Notes: a model not told the origin generated them from the sequence alone. Positions 7,538 to 17,524 are shown, counted from the first letter of the stretch. The stretch: 48,903 nucleotides of DNA from an uncultured Saprospiraceae bacterium (GCA_937967625.1 CALCJP010000093.1:1-48903), one strand, 5' to 3'. Translations and numbers: made by a program.

Positions 7538-10006
7538 ATGAAATACAAAATTTTACCTCTCATTACACTCCTAATCTTAGTTGTTACAGCAGCTACTTTT
7601 GGGCAAACCAAAAAACAATATTTAAAGGCTGCCAATAATGCTTTTGAACAAAAGAATTATTACGCAGCCATGAAATATTACGGTGAAGTCCTAGACTTCG
7701 ATTCTACCCAAACCCAATCGTGGTATAACTTAGGCTTGTCTGCAAAAGAGTTCAACGCATTCACATTGGCAGAGCAGAGCTTTAAGCAAGTACTGAAAAT
7801 GCCAGATGGAGCTAATTTCCCGCAAGCACTTCTTCATCTTGGAGAAGTTCAGAAAAGAATGGGGAAATATGAAGACGCCATCAGCTCCTTCGAAAAAGTA
7901 ATGGTGGACTCTATCGTTCTTGCAAATGCAGTGCAGAAAGAGAAAGCCACCAAAGCATTAAATGATTGCGAATGGGCAGTGGAAGTAACATCCAACCCAA
8001 ACGAAAAAATTTATATTGAAAATTTGGGCGACCAAATTAATTCACCTGCTTCTGAAATTGCTCCTCAAAAAGTTGGAAATAAACTATTCTACTCTTCACT
8101 AAGATTTGACGACCCTAACGATAAAAACAATCCACCTCGGAAGTACAACAAGGTAATGGTCTCCGAAAAAGGAATGATGGGCGAAGAATGGGAAGGGTTT
8201 AATGCATCTAAAGGGCACACTGCTCATTCGGCATTTAGCATAAATGGTTACACAAGAGTGTACTACACGCTTTGTGACTATATCAATGAAGCAGATATCA
8301 GATGTCAAATCTACTATCGCGAAAAAGACACACAAACCGACACTTGGAAGGAAGCAGTTAAATTACCAGAAACGGTCAATAAAATGGGCTACACTTCCAC
8401 CCAACCGGAGGTTGCATTAGTTGGAGAAGAACATTGGCTTCTTTTTTCTTCTGACAAGCCAGGTGGAAAAGGTGGAATGGACATCTATAAAGTAATTATA
8501 GATCCAGAAAACAATGAGTTTTCTACAGCAGAAAACCTTGAAACGATCAACACTGACGGTGACGACATTACCCCCTTTTACCATACAGCCACTAATACGT
8601 TATACTTTAGTAATAACTCACGACAAGGATTAGGAGGGTATGACATCTTCAAATCTGAAAAAACTGGAGATGAATGGTCAGAACCAGAACATGGAGGCTA
8701 CCCATTGAATAGTAGCTTGGATGATATTCATTACAAACAAAGCCCAGGTGGCGCAACTGCCTACTTTGCTTCTAATAGATTAGGCTCAACCTATATCGAA
8801 CGTGAAAAAGAATCATGTTGTCATGATATTTATGCAGCTCAAACCGAGTTAGTTGACTTGCTTGTTACTTCCTTTGAAAAAAGATCTGGTGCTCCTCTCA
8901 ACGGCGTAAAAGTAACCTTAACGAAATTAAACAGATCGGGGGAGCCTGAGTCAAAAACCAATGACGCTGGAAATGATTTCGCTTTTACGCCAAAGCGGAA
9001 ATTTGCCTATCTAATCACCGCAGAAAAAGAAGGATACAACTCCGATTATGATACCGTTTATTTAGATAGGTCTCCGTGGAATGATATGCTCGCAGTGACA
9101 AGTGAAGTTTATCTCGAACCTTCCGAAGTAACTTTGACAGTGTTAACTTTCGATGATTTTACTAAGACCGGATTAGTAGGAACCAAGGTTCAACTATTTG
9201 AAGTAGTCAATGGTGAAAGAATACTCGTAAAAGAGTTAGTCAATAAAAATGGTAACGACTTCACCTTCACCTTAAAACCAGGAAAGACGTATGTGATCAG
9301 AGGTTCTAAAAATGGATATGAGCATGATTTAAAAACCATTACAGTGCCTGAGGCTGGTGATCTAAAAGATGTTAATATTCAAGAGGACCTTTATTTAGCA
9401 CCATTAATTTTTGCAGAATACCTGCCGATTTCTCTCTACTTTGATAATGATGAACCTGATAAAAATACAAAATCAGTAACTACAGCAAAATCATATTTAG
9501 AAACTTGGGATCAGTATTATGGAAGGAAACCAACATTCATAGATGAGTTCGGAAAAGGGATGACGGGACAGAAAAAAATGATGGTGACCAATCGACTTGA
9601 AGGATTCTTCGAAGATCAAGTGAAGAAGTCTGGTGATAATTTGAAACTCTTCTCTGACCTGCTTTATCAATTTCTCAAGCAAGGCAACAATATAGAATTG
9701 ATCCTAAAAGGATACACAAGCCCGCGTGCCGAATCCGATTACAACGAATACCTCTCTAAGCGAAGAATTGTCTCTGTGAAAAACCACTTTGAGAGGTACA
9801 GTGGAGGTATCTTCAAGCAATACATTGACTCAGGTAGCTTGGTCATTAGACAAAGAGCATTTGGGGAAACCCAAGCGAAATCCGATGTGAGTGATAAACT
9901 CGACGACGTTAGAAACTCAATTTATGGTGTACCCGCTTCTTTGGAAAGAAGAGTTGAGATTATAGAGGTGAAGCAAGCAGAAAATTTTCAAAACGGTACG
10001 CGATAA
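7538..10006 (+). CDS. PorE (PG1058)-like protein: TPR + PD40/WD40-like beta-propeller + two beta-sandwich (carboxypeptidase-regulatory-like) modules + OmpA_C-like domain
   Basis: Signal peptide. TPR-like helices (NYYAAMKYYGEVL, GKYEDAISSFEKV). PD40-like repeats (INSPASEIAP, GGYDIFKS, LNSSLDDIHY..YFASNR). Two ~70-aa V.V.L modules. C-terminal LILKGYTSPRAESDYNEYLSKRR..RRVEII resembles OmpA_C. Confidence 0.75.
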   Translation: MKYKILPLITLLILVVTAATFGQTKKQYLKAANNAFEQKNYYAAMKYYGEVLDFDSTQTQSWYNLGLSAKEFNAFTLAEQSFKQVLKMPDGANFPQALLHLGEVQKRMGKYEDAISSFEKVMVDSIVLANAVQKEKATKALNDCEWAVEVTSNPNEKIYIENLGDQINSPASEIAPQKVGNKLFYSSLRFDDPNDKNNPPRKYNKVMVSEKGMMGEEWEGFNASKGHTAHSAFSINGYTRVYYTLCDYINEADIRCQIYYREKDTQTDTWKEAVKLPETVNKMGYTSTQPEVALVGEEHWLLFSSDKPGGKGGMDIYKVIIDPENNEFSTAENLETINTDGDDITPFYHTATNTLYFSNNSRQGLGGYDIFKSEKTGDEWSEPEHGGYPLNSSLDDIHYKQSPGGATAYFASNRLGSTYIEREKESCCHDIYAAQTELVDLLVTSFEKRSGAPLNGVKVTLTKLNRSGEPESKTNDAGNDFAFTPKRKFAYLITAEKEGYNSDYDTVYLDRSPWNDMLAVTSEVYLEPSEVTLTVLTFDDFTKTGLVGTKVQLFEVVNGERILVKELVNKNGNDFTFTLKPGKTYVIRGSKNGYEHDLKTITVPEAGDLKDVNIQEDLYLAPLIFAEYLPISLYFDNDEPDKNTKSVTTAKSYLETWDQYYGRKPTFIDEFGKGMTGQKKMMVTNRLEGFFEDQVKKSGDNLKLFSDLLYQFLKQGNNIELILKGYTSPRAESDYNEYLSKRRIVSVKNHFERYSGGIFKQYIDSGSLVIRQRAFGETQAKSDVSDKLDDVRNSIYGVPASLERRVEIIEVKQAENFQNGTR

Positions 10007-10020
10007 TTATTCTATTTAAC

Positions 10021-10078
10021 CATGATTTTTTCGGCTTTCGCCAAATAAGCGCATTTCGCGAAAGCGAGAAAAAACATG
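10021..10078. repeat. Compound element: outer stem catgatttttt/aaaaaacatg enclosing ggc-TTTC-gcc (10033-10042) and ttcgc-GAAA-gcgag (10054-10069)
   Basis: 10032-10046 is the inverted copy of the 15-mer atttggcgaaagccg seen at 34783 and 34847. Confidence 0.8.
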
Positions 10079-10122
10079 GAAAATCCCTTAATCGATATTA
10101 ATACTCAAAAAATATATTCAAA

Positions 10123-13100
10123 ATGAGGCTTGAATTAAAGAACATAATAAAACTCGTAACTATTGCCATCATTCTGGCAATGGTCCCTCAAGCGGTAAAA
10201 GCTTCTCACATCATCGGTGGAGAAATACAATATAAATGTCTTGGTGGTAATCAGTACGAAATAACAGTAAACGTCTATCGTGATTGTTTTTTTGGAAAAG
10301 ATGATGCGCCATTTGATGATCCTGCATCTGTTGGTATTTTTGATATGAATACCAATGATTTGTTGATCGATATGCGTATCCCTTTTATGGGAGATGATAC
10401 ATTAGATTCTTTTTTGGCAGATCCATGTTTTATCGTTCCTCCAACGGTTTGTGTGCATACTACCACTTATAGAGATACGGTAGAGTTGTTGCCAAGAGCA
10501 GGCGGTTATCGAGCAGTTTATCAAAGATGCTGTAGAAACCAAACAGTCAATAATATCATCCTACCAGACAGAACTGGTGCTACTTATGAAATCATAATTA
10601 CAGAGCGAGCCTTAAACGAATGTAATGCTTCTCCTGTATTTAAGGAATGGCCTCCGATTTTCATTTGTGCCGGTACTGAGATTTTCTACGATCACGGAGC
10701 GGTTGATGCACAAGGTGATTCGTTAGTCTATAGATTGTGTACGCCCAATGAAGGAGCTTCTTTTGGTTTTCCATTGCCGCAGCCACCAAACAATCCTCCT
10801 TACGATACATTGGTGTGGAGAGCTCCATATAATCTAAATAACATTTTAGGTTCTGGTCGTCCTTTGGCAATTAATCCAAGTACAGGTTTGCTTACAGGTC
10901 GCCCTGATGATATTGGACAATTCGTTGTAGGTATTTGTATTGAAGAATATCGAAACGGAACTTTGCTTTCTCGCACGATTCGTGACTTTCAATATAATGT
11001 TGGGCTTTGTGGGCAAATATTCTCCTCAATACAATCTCCTGCTGCTCAGTGTGATAACTTAGAAGTTGATTTTGATAATGATAGTCAATTTGCAGATGAG
11101 TATCTATGGATTTTTGACTTTCCAAATATGAATCTTACCTCAACAGAGGTATCTCCTACTTTCACATTCCCGGACACGGGGACTTATAGGGTGGCATTGA
11201 TTGCTGAGCCTACTAGTGTTTGTGCAGACACCTCCTTTGTAGATTTAGTTTTACAAAACAATTCCTTAAATGCGGATTTTGAGATCGTTCTGTTTGACTG
11301 TACCGATAGTACTCAGATTGTGATTACGGATCGTTCTGTAGATCCAGTTTCACCCGTTGTTTCATGGAATTGGACGTTTACTTTCCCTGATGGAAGCACT
11401 CAAACGTCAACAATGCAAAATCCTATTTTTAGTACCATGATATCCGACACCATAGATATTCGCTTAGACGCTGAATCTCAGAATGGATGTTTGTCCACGG
11501 TTTCTAAAAAAATACCTACTCAAATATTTGATCCAGGGTCAACTATTCCTGACTCATTATTTATATGTCAAGGACAGTCTGTTGAGTTGAATCCCAATGG
11601 TTTTTCAAACTATAATTATAGTTGGACTCCTGCCGTTAGCTTAGATCGGACGGATGTGTTTAATCCAACAGCTACTCCAACGACAACGACAACGTACCAA
11701 GTTGAGATATTTCAAAACCTTCAATTTTGTAGGAATATGAATGAGGTGACGGTTGTTGTTCAACCAGGACCTTTACTTGATTTTACTTCTGAGTTGAATT
11801 GTGATAACCGAACGATCAGTTTTACAAATAATAGTGTCTCTGCTGTAAATAGCTATACGTGGAGTTTTGGAGACCCAGCTAATTCTACATCGAATCAGCT
11901 CAATCCTGATTTCACCTACCCTGGTCCTGGTACTTATACCGTTACCTTGAATTTGGATCAAAATGCTTCACTATGTGATGCTCCATTGAGTAGAGATGTG
12001 GTAATTGAGGATCGAAATTTAGATGCTGATTTCACCTTAGAGTATGTGAATTGTGAACCTGGAAATTTAGAGGTGAAAATTGATAATGCAAGTAATGTGT
12101 CAGGTCATAACGTAACAGACTACAATTGGAACTTTGGAGGTTCGTTAGGAACGGCTACCGGTCCAAATCAAACGTTGACTTTTAATTCAAGTCAGGTGTT
12201 GACAGTTGACTTAGAAATTGTTACTGACCAAGGGTGTAACAATAGAATATCAAAAGACTTCGACATTAATTTAGTTGAACAGGTTCCCGATGCTTCCCAG
12301 CAGACTTGTATCGCTGACAGCATTGAATTAAACCCATCTTTTAATCCAAACTATACCTACGAGTGGTCGCCATCAACTGGTCTAAGTAATCCTAATTCGC
12401 CTAACCCAAAAGTGGCTTTAGGGAACCCTCAAGATTATACAGTTAAGATTTCTGCTTTTGGAGCAGATACTTGTGAGATAGTTCAAGACGTATCAGTTTT
12501 TGTTCCGCCTGCACTTAACTTGCAAGCAAGTGATGATGAATTGACATGTGACGCTTCTGCTACTTTACTTGCAAACTCTTCCTCAAATGATATTGAATGG
12601 TTGGACGCAAATACAATGGCAATTGTCGGAACCGGTGGCACTCTGACAGTGGCGGTTTCTGGTCAGAATACTTATATCGTTCGAACTGGAGATAGCTTTG
12701 GGTGTGAAGAGTCGAAAGTGATTCAAGTAGCAGGAGGCCCGGTAGATGTGGATTTTCCAACTGATCAAGCGCTGTGTTTAGGAGAGCCATATACAGTTGG
12801 CGTAACGAATCTTGACGTCAACGATGATTTACAGTATTCTTGGAATCCAAGTAGTCGAGTCCTATCAGGCGGAAATACTGCCAACCCAACCATTGATGAA
12901 TCTCCCGGCAATTTCGATTTGTATGTTGATATCGTTTCTCAATATGGTTGCCGCTATGCAGATACTTTGAATTTGGTTTTGGTTGATCCATCACCAATGG
13001 ATTTTGATTATGAAGTGCAATGTGATGGAGAAACAGTTGAGTTCAATAACCTTACGGCAAATGGATTTGACTTTAGATGGAACTTTGGCGATTTGACTAC

Positions 13101-15477
13101 CAATGCGGACACCTCTCAAATTGCTTCACCTTCGTACTCTTACCCAGGTTTGGGTACTTATCAAGTCGCCTTGACGATTCCATACAATGTGTCTTGTCTT
13201 GATACCATCATAAAAACAGTAGATGTCTCAGATAGAGTTTTAGACGCTGACTTTGACGTAGAATATTTGAACTGTGATGAAGACGAAGTGACAATTCAAT
13301 TTACAGATCGCTCATTTAGTTTGCAAAACAATATTACTTCTTCAGTTTGGGATTTTGGACCTCGCGGTAATCCGACTGGTCCTGTGATAACTTTCACCTT
13401 GACCGCAGATGAGGTAATAAATGCCAACTTGTTTATTGAAAATGCAGCGGATTGCGCCGATACGATGATGCAAGTAGTCGATTTTGAATTGTTCCAGTTA
13501 GACTTGCCAGATGAGCCATTGGTTCAATGCGAAGGATTTGATATTTTCTTGAATCCAAACGGCAATCCAAATTACATCTATGAATGGACTCCCGCGAATA
13601 GAGTAGATGATCCAACTGCAGCCAACCCAATGTTTACGGGGACAGAAAGCACGACATTTTCCGTAAGGATATTAAATATAGGTTTTGATACCTGCGAAGT
13701 GATCAAAACGGTTGATGTTGAAGTTCCAGATCCAATCAGAATCGGTCTCGATGCAGATACGACTACCTGCGGCAATCCAATCGTTCTTCAGCCTTCGCTG
13801 AATGTGAGTGTAGATTACTTTTGGACAAATCCGCAAGGAGATAACTTGGGCGATACGCCAACCCTTACCGTTAATCCGCAAGACACAGCAGTTTATATTT
13901 TAAATGTTGAAGACCCCTCTGAATGTGCCTTATCTGATACGATTACAGTAATTAATCGACAGGTGGACGCAATGCCTAATGGTAACATTGATGTTTGTCA
14001 AGGTTATCTTTCTTTTGCAGAGGTGACCAATTTTGACCCTGACGATGTGTTTACCTCAATTACGTGGACTCCCCTTGATAAAATTATTTTGGGACAAGGA
14101 ACACCACAGGTTCAGGTATCTACAGAAGAGCCAGGTCAAAATATTTATAGAATATTTATTGAAAACCAGTTTGGTTGTAAAGACACCGTTAGTGTCATTC
14201 AAAATGTTGGACCTTTTGATTCTGGAGGAGACCGTAGTGTGGAAATTTGTTCTGAAGTGGCGACAGAAATCAATCCTGACTTTAACCCAAATCATCAATA
14301 TGAATGGATTCCAACAACAGGACTAAGTGATCCAAATAGTCCAAATCCAACAGCAACCTTGATGGGAGGTACTACTACCTATACCGCAGTCATATCAGAA
14401 ACGGTAGGCGCGTTGACTTGTGTTGATACAGTCCAGGTGGCTATTGATGTTCAAACACCAATTCAATTGCAAGTAACGCCTGATGACACCTTGTGTCAAT
14501 CACAATTGGTTACCTTAGAAGTCTTCGCACCTCTTGCCGGTTTGGATTTTGAATGGTCATTGAGTCCAACTTTCGATGATGTAATTAGCGATGAAAGAAC
14601 CCTTCTTGTCAATAATACGGGTGTAAATACTTTTTATGTAAGAGGATTTACACAAGACTCTCTGATGTGTCAATATCTGGGAGACGTGACTATTAGTATG
14701 GTTCCGATAGAGGTGACAATAGATCCTGACACGGTGGTTTGTTTTGACGTTACCGAAACGATTGACTTGACCAATGAAAACCCAGATCAAAATCTGACTT
14801 ACATTTGGTCTCCGACAACCGGAATTCTCTCAGGAGTAAATACTAATTCAGTTGAAGTAAATCTGACCAATAGCGTCACTTATAATGTAGAGGTTGAGAA
14901 TCAATACTTGTGTAAGGAAGACATAACCGTCAATGTTGATGTCTCTAATTTCGGTTCGCAGATTGACGTTTCAGCTACACCTGATTCAGTTATTGCAGGT
15001 GGCGAATCTCAACTTGAAGCTACTTTCTTAGGTGGAGTCAGCTATAATTGGACGCCACCCGCGACACTTGATGATGAGTCCGCTAATAATCCAATTGCGA
15101 GACCAGAGGAAACAACTACATATACTGTTAACTTAGCAGATGAATTTGGATGTGTTGACAGTCGAACAGTGACCGTGGTCGTTTTCGATCCAATTTGCCA
15201 AGAACCTGCTATTTTCCTACCGAATGCCTTCTCTCCTAATCGAGACGGAGAAAACGATGTGCTCAAACTATTAGGACTTTTTGTTGAAGAAATGCACTTG
15301 GCAATTTACAATCGTTGGGGACAATTGGTATTCGAGTCTCGCGACCAAAGTTTTGGTTGGGATGGAACGTACAAAGGCGAAGAATTGAGTCCTGACGTAT
15401 ATGGATTTTACCTTACGGTAAGATGTATTGATGGCGAAGAATATTTCAAAAAAGGAAACATTTCACTCTTCCGATAG
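10123..15477 (+). CDS. Giant (1784 aa) surface adhesin-like protein with PKD/Ig-like repeats and a T9SS type B (gliding-motility-associated) C-terminal sorting domain
   Basis: Signal peptide. N-terminal SHIIGGEIQYKC..YRDC module. PKD signatures (FTFPDTGTYRVAL, FTYPGPGTYTVTL, YSYPGLGTYQVAL). Five or more C.G...LNP..NPNY.Y.W.P...L....NP units. C-terminal LPNAFSPNRDGENDVLK..IYNRWGQLVFES..GWDGTYKGEELSPDVYGFYL is the type B CTD pattern. Confidence 0.9.
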   Translation: MRLELKNIIKLVTIAIILAMVPQAVKASHIIGGEIQYKCLGGNQYEITVNVYRDCFFGKDDAPFDDPASVGIFDMNTNDLLIDMRIPFMGDDTLDSFLADPCFIVPPTVCVHTTTYRDTVELLPRAGGYRAVYQRCCRNQTVNNIILPDRTGATYEIIITERALNECNASPVFKEWPPIFICAGTEIFYDHGAVDAQGDSLVYRLCTPNEGASFGFPLPQPPNNPPYDTLVWRAPYNLNNILGSGRPLAINPSTGLLTGRPDDIGQFVVGICIEEYRNGTLLSRTIRDFQYNVGLCGQIFSSIQSPAAQCDNLEVDFDNDSQFADEYLWIFDFPNMNLTSTEVSPTFTFPDTGTYRVALIAEPTSVCADTSFVDLVLQNNSLNADFEIVLFDCTDSTQIVITDRSVDPVSPVVSWNWTFTFPDGSTQTSTMQNPIFSTMISDTIDIRLDAESQNGCLSTVSKKIPTQIFDPGSTIPDSLFICQGQSVELNPNGFSNYNYSWTPAVSLDRTDVFNPTATPTTTTTYQVEIFQNLQFCRNMNEVTVVVQPGPLLDFTSELNCDNRTISFTNNSVSAVNSYTWSFGDPANSTSNQLNPDFTYPGPGTYTVTLNLDQNASLCDAPLSRDVVIEDRNLDADFTLEYVNCEPGNLEVKIDNASNVSGHNVTDYNWNFGGSLGTATGPNQTLTFNSSQVLTVDLEIVTDQGCNNRISKDFDINLVEQVPDASQQTCIADSIELNPSFNPNYTYEWSPSTGLSNPNSPNPKVALGNPQDYTVKISAFGADTCEIVQDVSVFVPPALNLQASDDELTCDASATLLANSSSNDIEWLDANTMAIVGTGGTLTVAVSGQNTYIVRTGDSFGCEESKVIQVAGGPVDVDFPTDQALCLGEPYTVGVTNLDVNDDLQYSWNPSSRVLSGGNTANPTIDESPGNFDLYVDIVSQYGCRYADTLNLVLVDPSPMDFDYEVQCDGETVEFNNLTANGFDFRWNFGDLTTNADTSQIASPSYSYPGLGTYQVALTIPYNVSCLDTIIKTVDVSDRVLDADFDVEYLNCDEDEVTIQFTDRSFSLQNNITSSVWDFGPRGNPTGPVITFTLTADEVINANLFIENAADCADTMMQVVDFELFQLDLPDEPLVQCEGFDIFLNPNGNPNYIYEWTPANRVDDPTAANPMFTGTESTTFSVRILNIGFDTCEVIKTVDVEVPDPIRIGLDADTTTCGNPIVLQPSLNVSVDYFWTNPQGDNLGDTPTLTVNPQDTAVYILNVEDPSECALSDTITVINRQVDAMPNGNIDVCQGYLSFAEVTNFDPDDVFTSITWTPLDKIILGQGTPQVQVSTEEPGQNIYRIFIENQFGCKDTVSVIQNVGPFDSGGDRSVEICSEVATEINPDFNPNHQYEWIPTTGLSDPNSPNPTATLMGGTTTYTAVISETVGALTCVDTVQVAIDVQTPIQLQVTPDDTLCQSQLVTLEVFAPLAGLDFEWSLSPTFDDVISDERTLLVNNTGVNTFYVRGFTQDSLMCQYLGDVTISMVPIEVTIDPDTVVCFDVTETIDLTNENPDQNLTYIWSPTTGILSGVNTNSVEVNLTNSVTYNVEVENQYLCKEDITVNVDVSNFGSQIDVSATPDSVIAGGESQLEATFLGGVSYNWTPPATLDDESANNPIARPEETTTYTVNLADEFGCVDSRTVTVVVFDPICQEPAIFLPNAFSPNRDGENDVLKLLGLFVEEMHLAIYNRWGQLVFESRDQSFGWDGTYKGEELSPDVYGFYLTVRCIDGEEYFKKGNISLFR

Positions 15478-15500
15478 AGAAAAATTGTTTAAAAGTATAA

Positions 15501-15540
15501 AAAGTGCTGATTTTCGAAAGGAAGTCAGCACTTTTTGTTT
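15501..15540 (+). terminator. Intrinsic terminator after the 1784-aa adhesin gene, capped by a GAAA tetraloop
   Basis: A continuous 15-bp stem aaagtgctgattttc/gaaggtcagcacttt-like (two G:U), with loop GAAA 15516-15519, followed by tttttgtttt. Confidence 0.75.
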
Positions 15541-15567
15541 TAAGCCAAAAAACAAAACAAAATTTTT

Positions 15568-15588
15568 ATTTCTCCCCTTTCGGGAAAT
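15568..15588. repeat. Mini-hairpin attt(ctc)ccc-TTTC-gggaaat followed by T-run
   Basis: ccc/ggg core plus attt/aaat clamp, with a 3-nt bulge. Confidence 0.6.
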
Positions 15589-15678
15589 TATTTTTTTTGT
15601 TGATCGGACATTAATCGAAATATGCTCCCAATAAATACATAGTATTTTTTAGCATTTGAAATCTCCTTCAAAAATGTT

Positions 15679-15690
15679 CCCCGAAAGGGG
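15679..15690. repeat. Mini-hairpin cccc-GAAA-gggg
   Basis: 4-bp GC stem, GAAA loop. Confidence 0.7.
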
Positions 15691-15734
15691 GTAAAAAATG
15701 GCGATGTAAGTTTTTTCTATCCCGAATGTTTGCC

Positions 15735-15742
15735 TACTTTTG
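15735..15742 (+). promoter_or_regulatory. Candidate -7 box (TAnnTTTG) for the atp operon
   Basis: tacttttg, 48 nt upstream of ATG 15790. Motif match only. Confidence 0.35.
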
Positions 15743-15789
15743 CACCTCTTTTGAATATGAGGTCTGACAAAATAAAATTTGGCAACTCG

Positions 15790-17190
15790 ATGCGAAAATA
15801 TTTTCTAAGCTTTTGTTGTATTGTTTGTTTGTCTTTGTTTGCTTCTGCGCAGCATGATGGACACAACCACGATGGTCATGATCACTCAGGACATGACCAC
15901 AGTCAACACCAACACGGTGACCACTCAGGTCACAACCATTCTCACGATGGGCACGATCATTCAGGACATGATCACAGCAATCACGATCATGGCGCACATG
16001 CAGGTCATGCACATGCTGCCGATCAAGGTCACGGACACCACGGTACAAAAAATGGATGTGGTGTAGAAACTCATCATGAGTTCAAGCCAGGGGAAGCGGC
16101 TTTCCACCACATCTCCGATCAGAACATTTATAGTATTGGACCATTTTCTCTCCCATTACCTTGTTTTTTATATGCACCTGAAAAGGGATGGGATGTTTTC
16201 TCTTCAGGAAAATTTTACGCAGACTCACACGGAACGGGTGAAAAAGCATACAATAAATATGTCCTTTTCGAAGGCTCAGTAAGAAGAGTACAAGATGCTT
16301 CTTTCCCTGATGGGGCAGTTGAATTGGGACACCATGCAGTTTTTGGCAAAAAATTGAAAGACGCAAAAGGAAAAGATAAAGAATTCGCCTTTGTTTGTTA
16401 CAACGGACAGCAATACCAATGTGATAGTAAAAGTACCGCAGACGCAGGGATGTTTGGTGGAGGAATTACTTCTTTCTATGATTTCTCAATGACCAAAAAT
16501 GTTGTTTCAATGATTTTGGTCTTCTTGTTTTTGGCTTGGGTATTCTTGTCAATGGCAAAATCATACAAAGCACGCAGAGGAATGGCGCCAAAAGGCATTA
16601 CTAATTTCATGGAGCCAATTTTCATCTTTATTCAAGATGAAGTAGCAAAACCATTTTTGGGACATAAGTGGATGACTTACTTGCCGTTTTTGCAGTGTAT
16701 TTTCTTTTTCATCCTTGGCTTAAATCTTTTTGGACAAGTTCCATTCTTGGGAGGTTCTAACGTTACTGGAAACTTGGCTTTCACTGCAGTTTTAGCAATT
16801 GCAGCATTCTTAGTAACTAACCTCAGCGGTAATGCACATTACTGGGGACACACGTTGTGGATGCCTGGTGTACCTGCCATTTTGAAAATTTTGGTAATCA
16901 CGCCAGTGGAGATTTTGGGTTTGTTCATCAAGCCGATTACGCTCATGCTTCGTTTGTTTGCCAACATCACAGCAGGGCACATGGTAATCGCAATTTTCGT
17001 AGGATTGATTTTCGTCTTTGGACAATCAGGAGCGAACCCCGGAGCTGCTTATGGTACTGCCGTTGGCTCAACGATATTGACGCTGTTTATGATGGCGATT
17101 GAGTTGCTCGTAGCATTCATTCAAGCATTCGTGTTTACGATATTGACTGCCTCTTACATTGGAGCAGCCGTAGAAGAAGCACACCATTAA
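15790..17190 (+). CDS. atpB: F0F1 ATP synthase subunit a with N-terminal signal peptide and His-rich extension
   Basis: The C-terminal half has subunit-a helices including LFANITAGH (essential Arg region: LMLRLFANI). A Bacteroidota-type N-terminal extension is present (FHHISDQN..LPLPCFLY). Start chosen at ATG 15790 (MRKYFLSFCCIVCLSLFASAQ); ATG 15757 is an alternative. The ORF track begins at a non-ATG codon, 15730. Confidence 0.9.
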   Translation: MRKYFLSFCCIVCLSLFASAQHDGHNHDGHDHSGHDHSQHQHGDHSGHNHSHDGHDHSGHDHSNHDHGAHAGHAHAADQGHGHHGTKNGCGVETHHEFKPGEAAFHHISDQNIYSIGPFSLPLPCFLYAPEKGWDVFSSGKFYADSHGTGEKAYNKYVLFEGSVRRVQDASFPDGAVELGHHAVFGKKLKDAKGKDKEFAFVCYNGQQYQCDSKSTADAGMFGGGITSFYDFSMTKNVVSMILVFLFLAWVFLSMAKSYKARRGMAPKGITNFMEPIFIFIQDEVAKPFLGHKWMTYLPFLQCIFFFILGLNLFGQVPFLGGSNVTGNLAFTAVLAIAAFLVTNLSGNAHYWGHTLWMPGVPAILKILVITPVEILGLFIKPITLMLRLFANITAGHMVIAIFVGLIFVFGQSGANPGAAYGTAVGSTILTLFMMAIELLVAFIQAFVFTILTASYIGAAVEEAHH

Positions 17191-17199
17191 TTGATATTT

Positions 17200-17262
17200 A
17201 TTTCCCCTTTCGGGAAATCGCTTGTCCCGATTTATCGGGGATCATATTTCGCGAAAGCGAAA
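17200..17262. repeat. Composite repeat (copy D) in the atpB-atpE spacer: atttccc-cTTTC-gggaaat, cccgat..atcggg, tttcgc-GAAA-gcgaaa
   Basis: Three consecutive hairpins. It shares cttgtcccga..tcggg blocks with 28101, 31243 and 42977. Confidence 0.85.
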
Positions 17263-17272
17263 CTTAACTTGA

Positions 17273-17506
<234 letters not shown>

Positions 17507-17524
17507 TTCAGTTTCAACGAAAAT

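Noticed and set aside
15734-16066. ORFs 15734-16048 (-) and 15821-16066 (+) over the start of atpB
   Set aside because: They are artefacts of the CAY/GAY codon repeats of the His/Asp-rich tract, which stay open in several frames.
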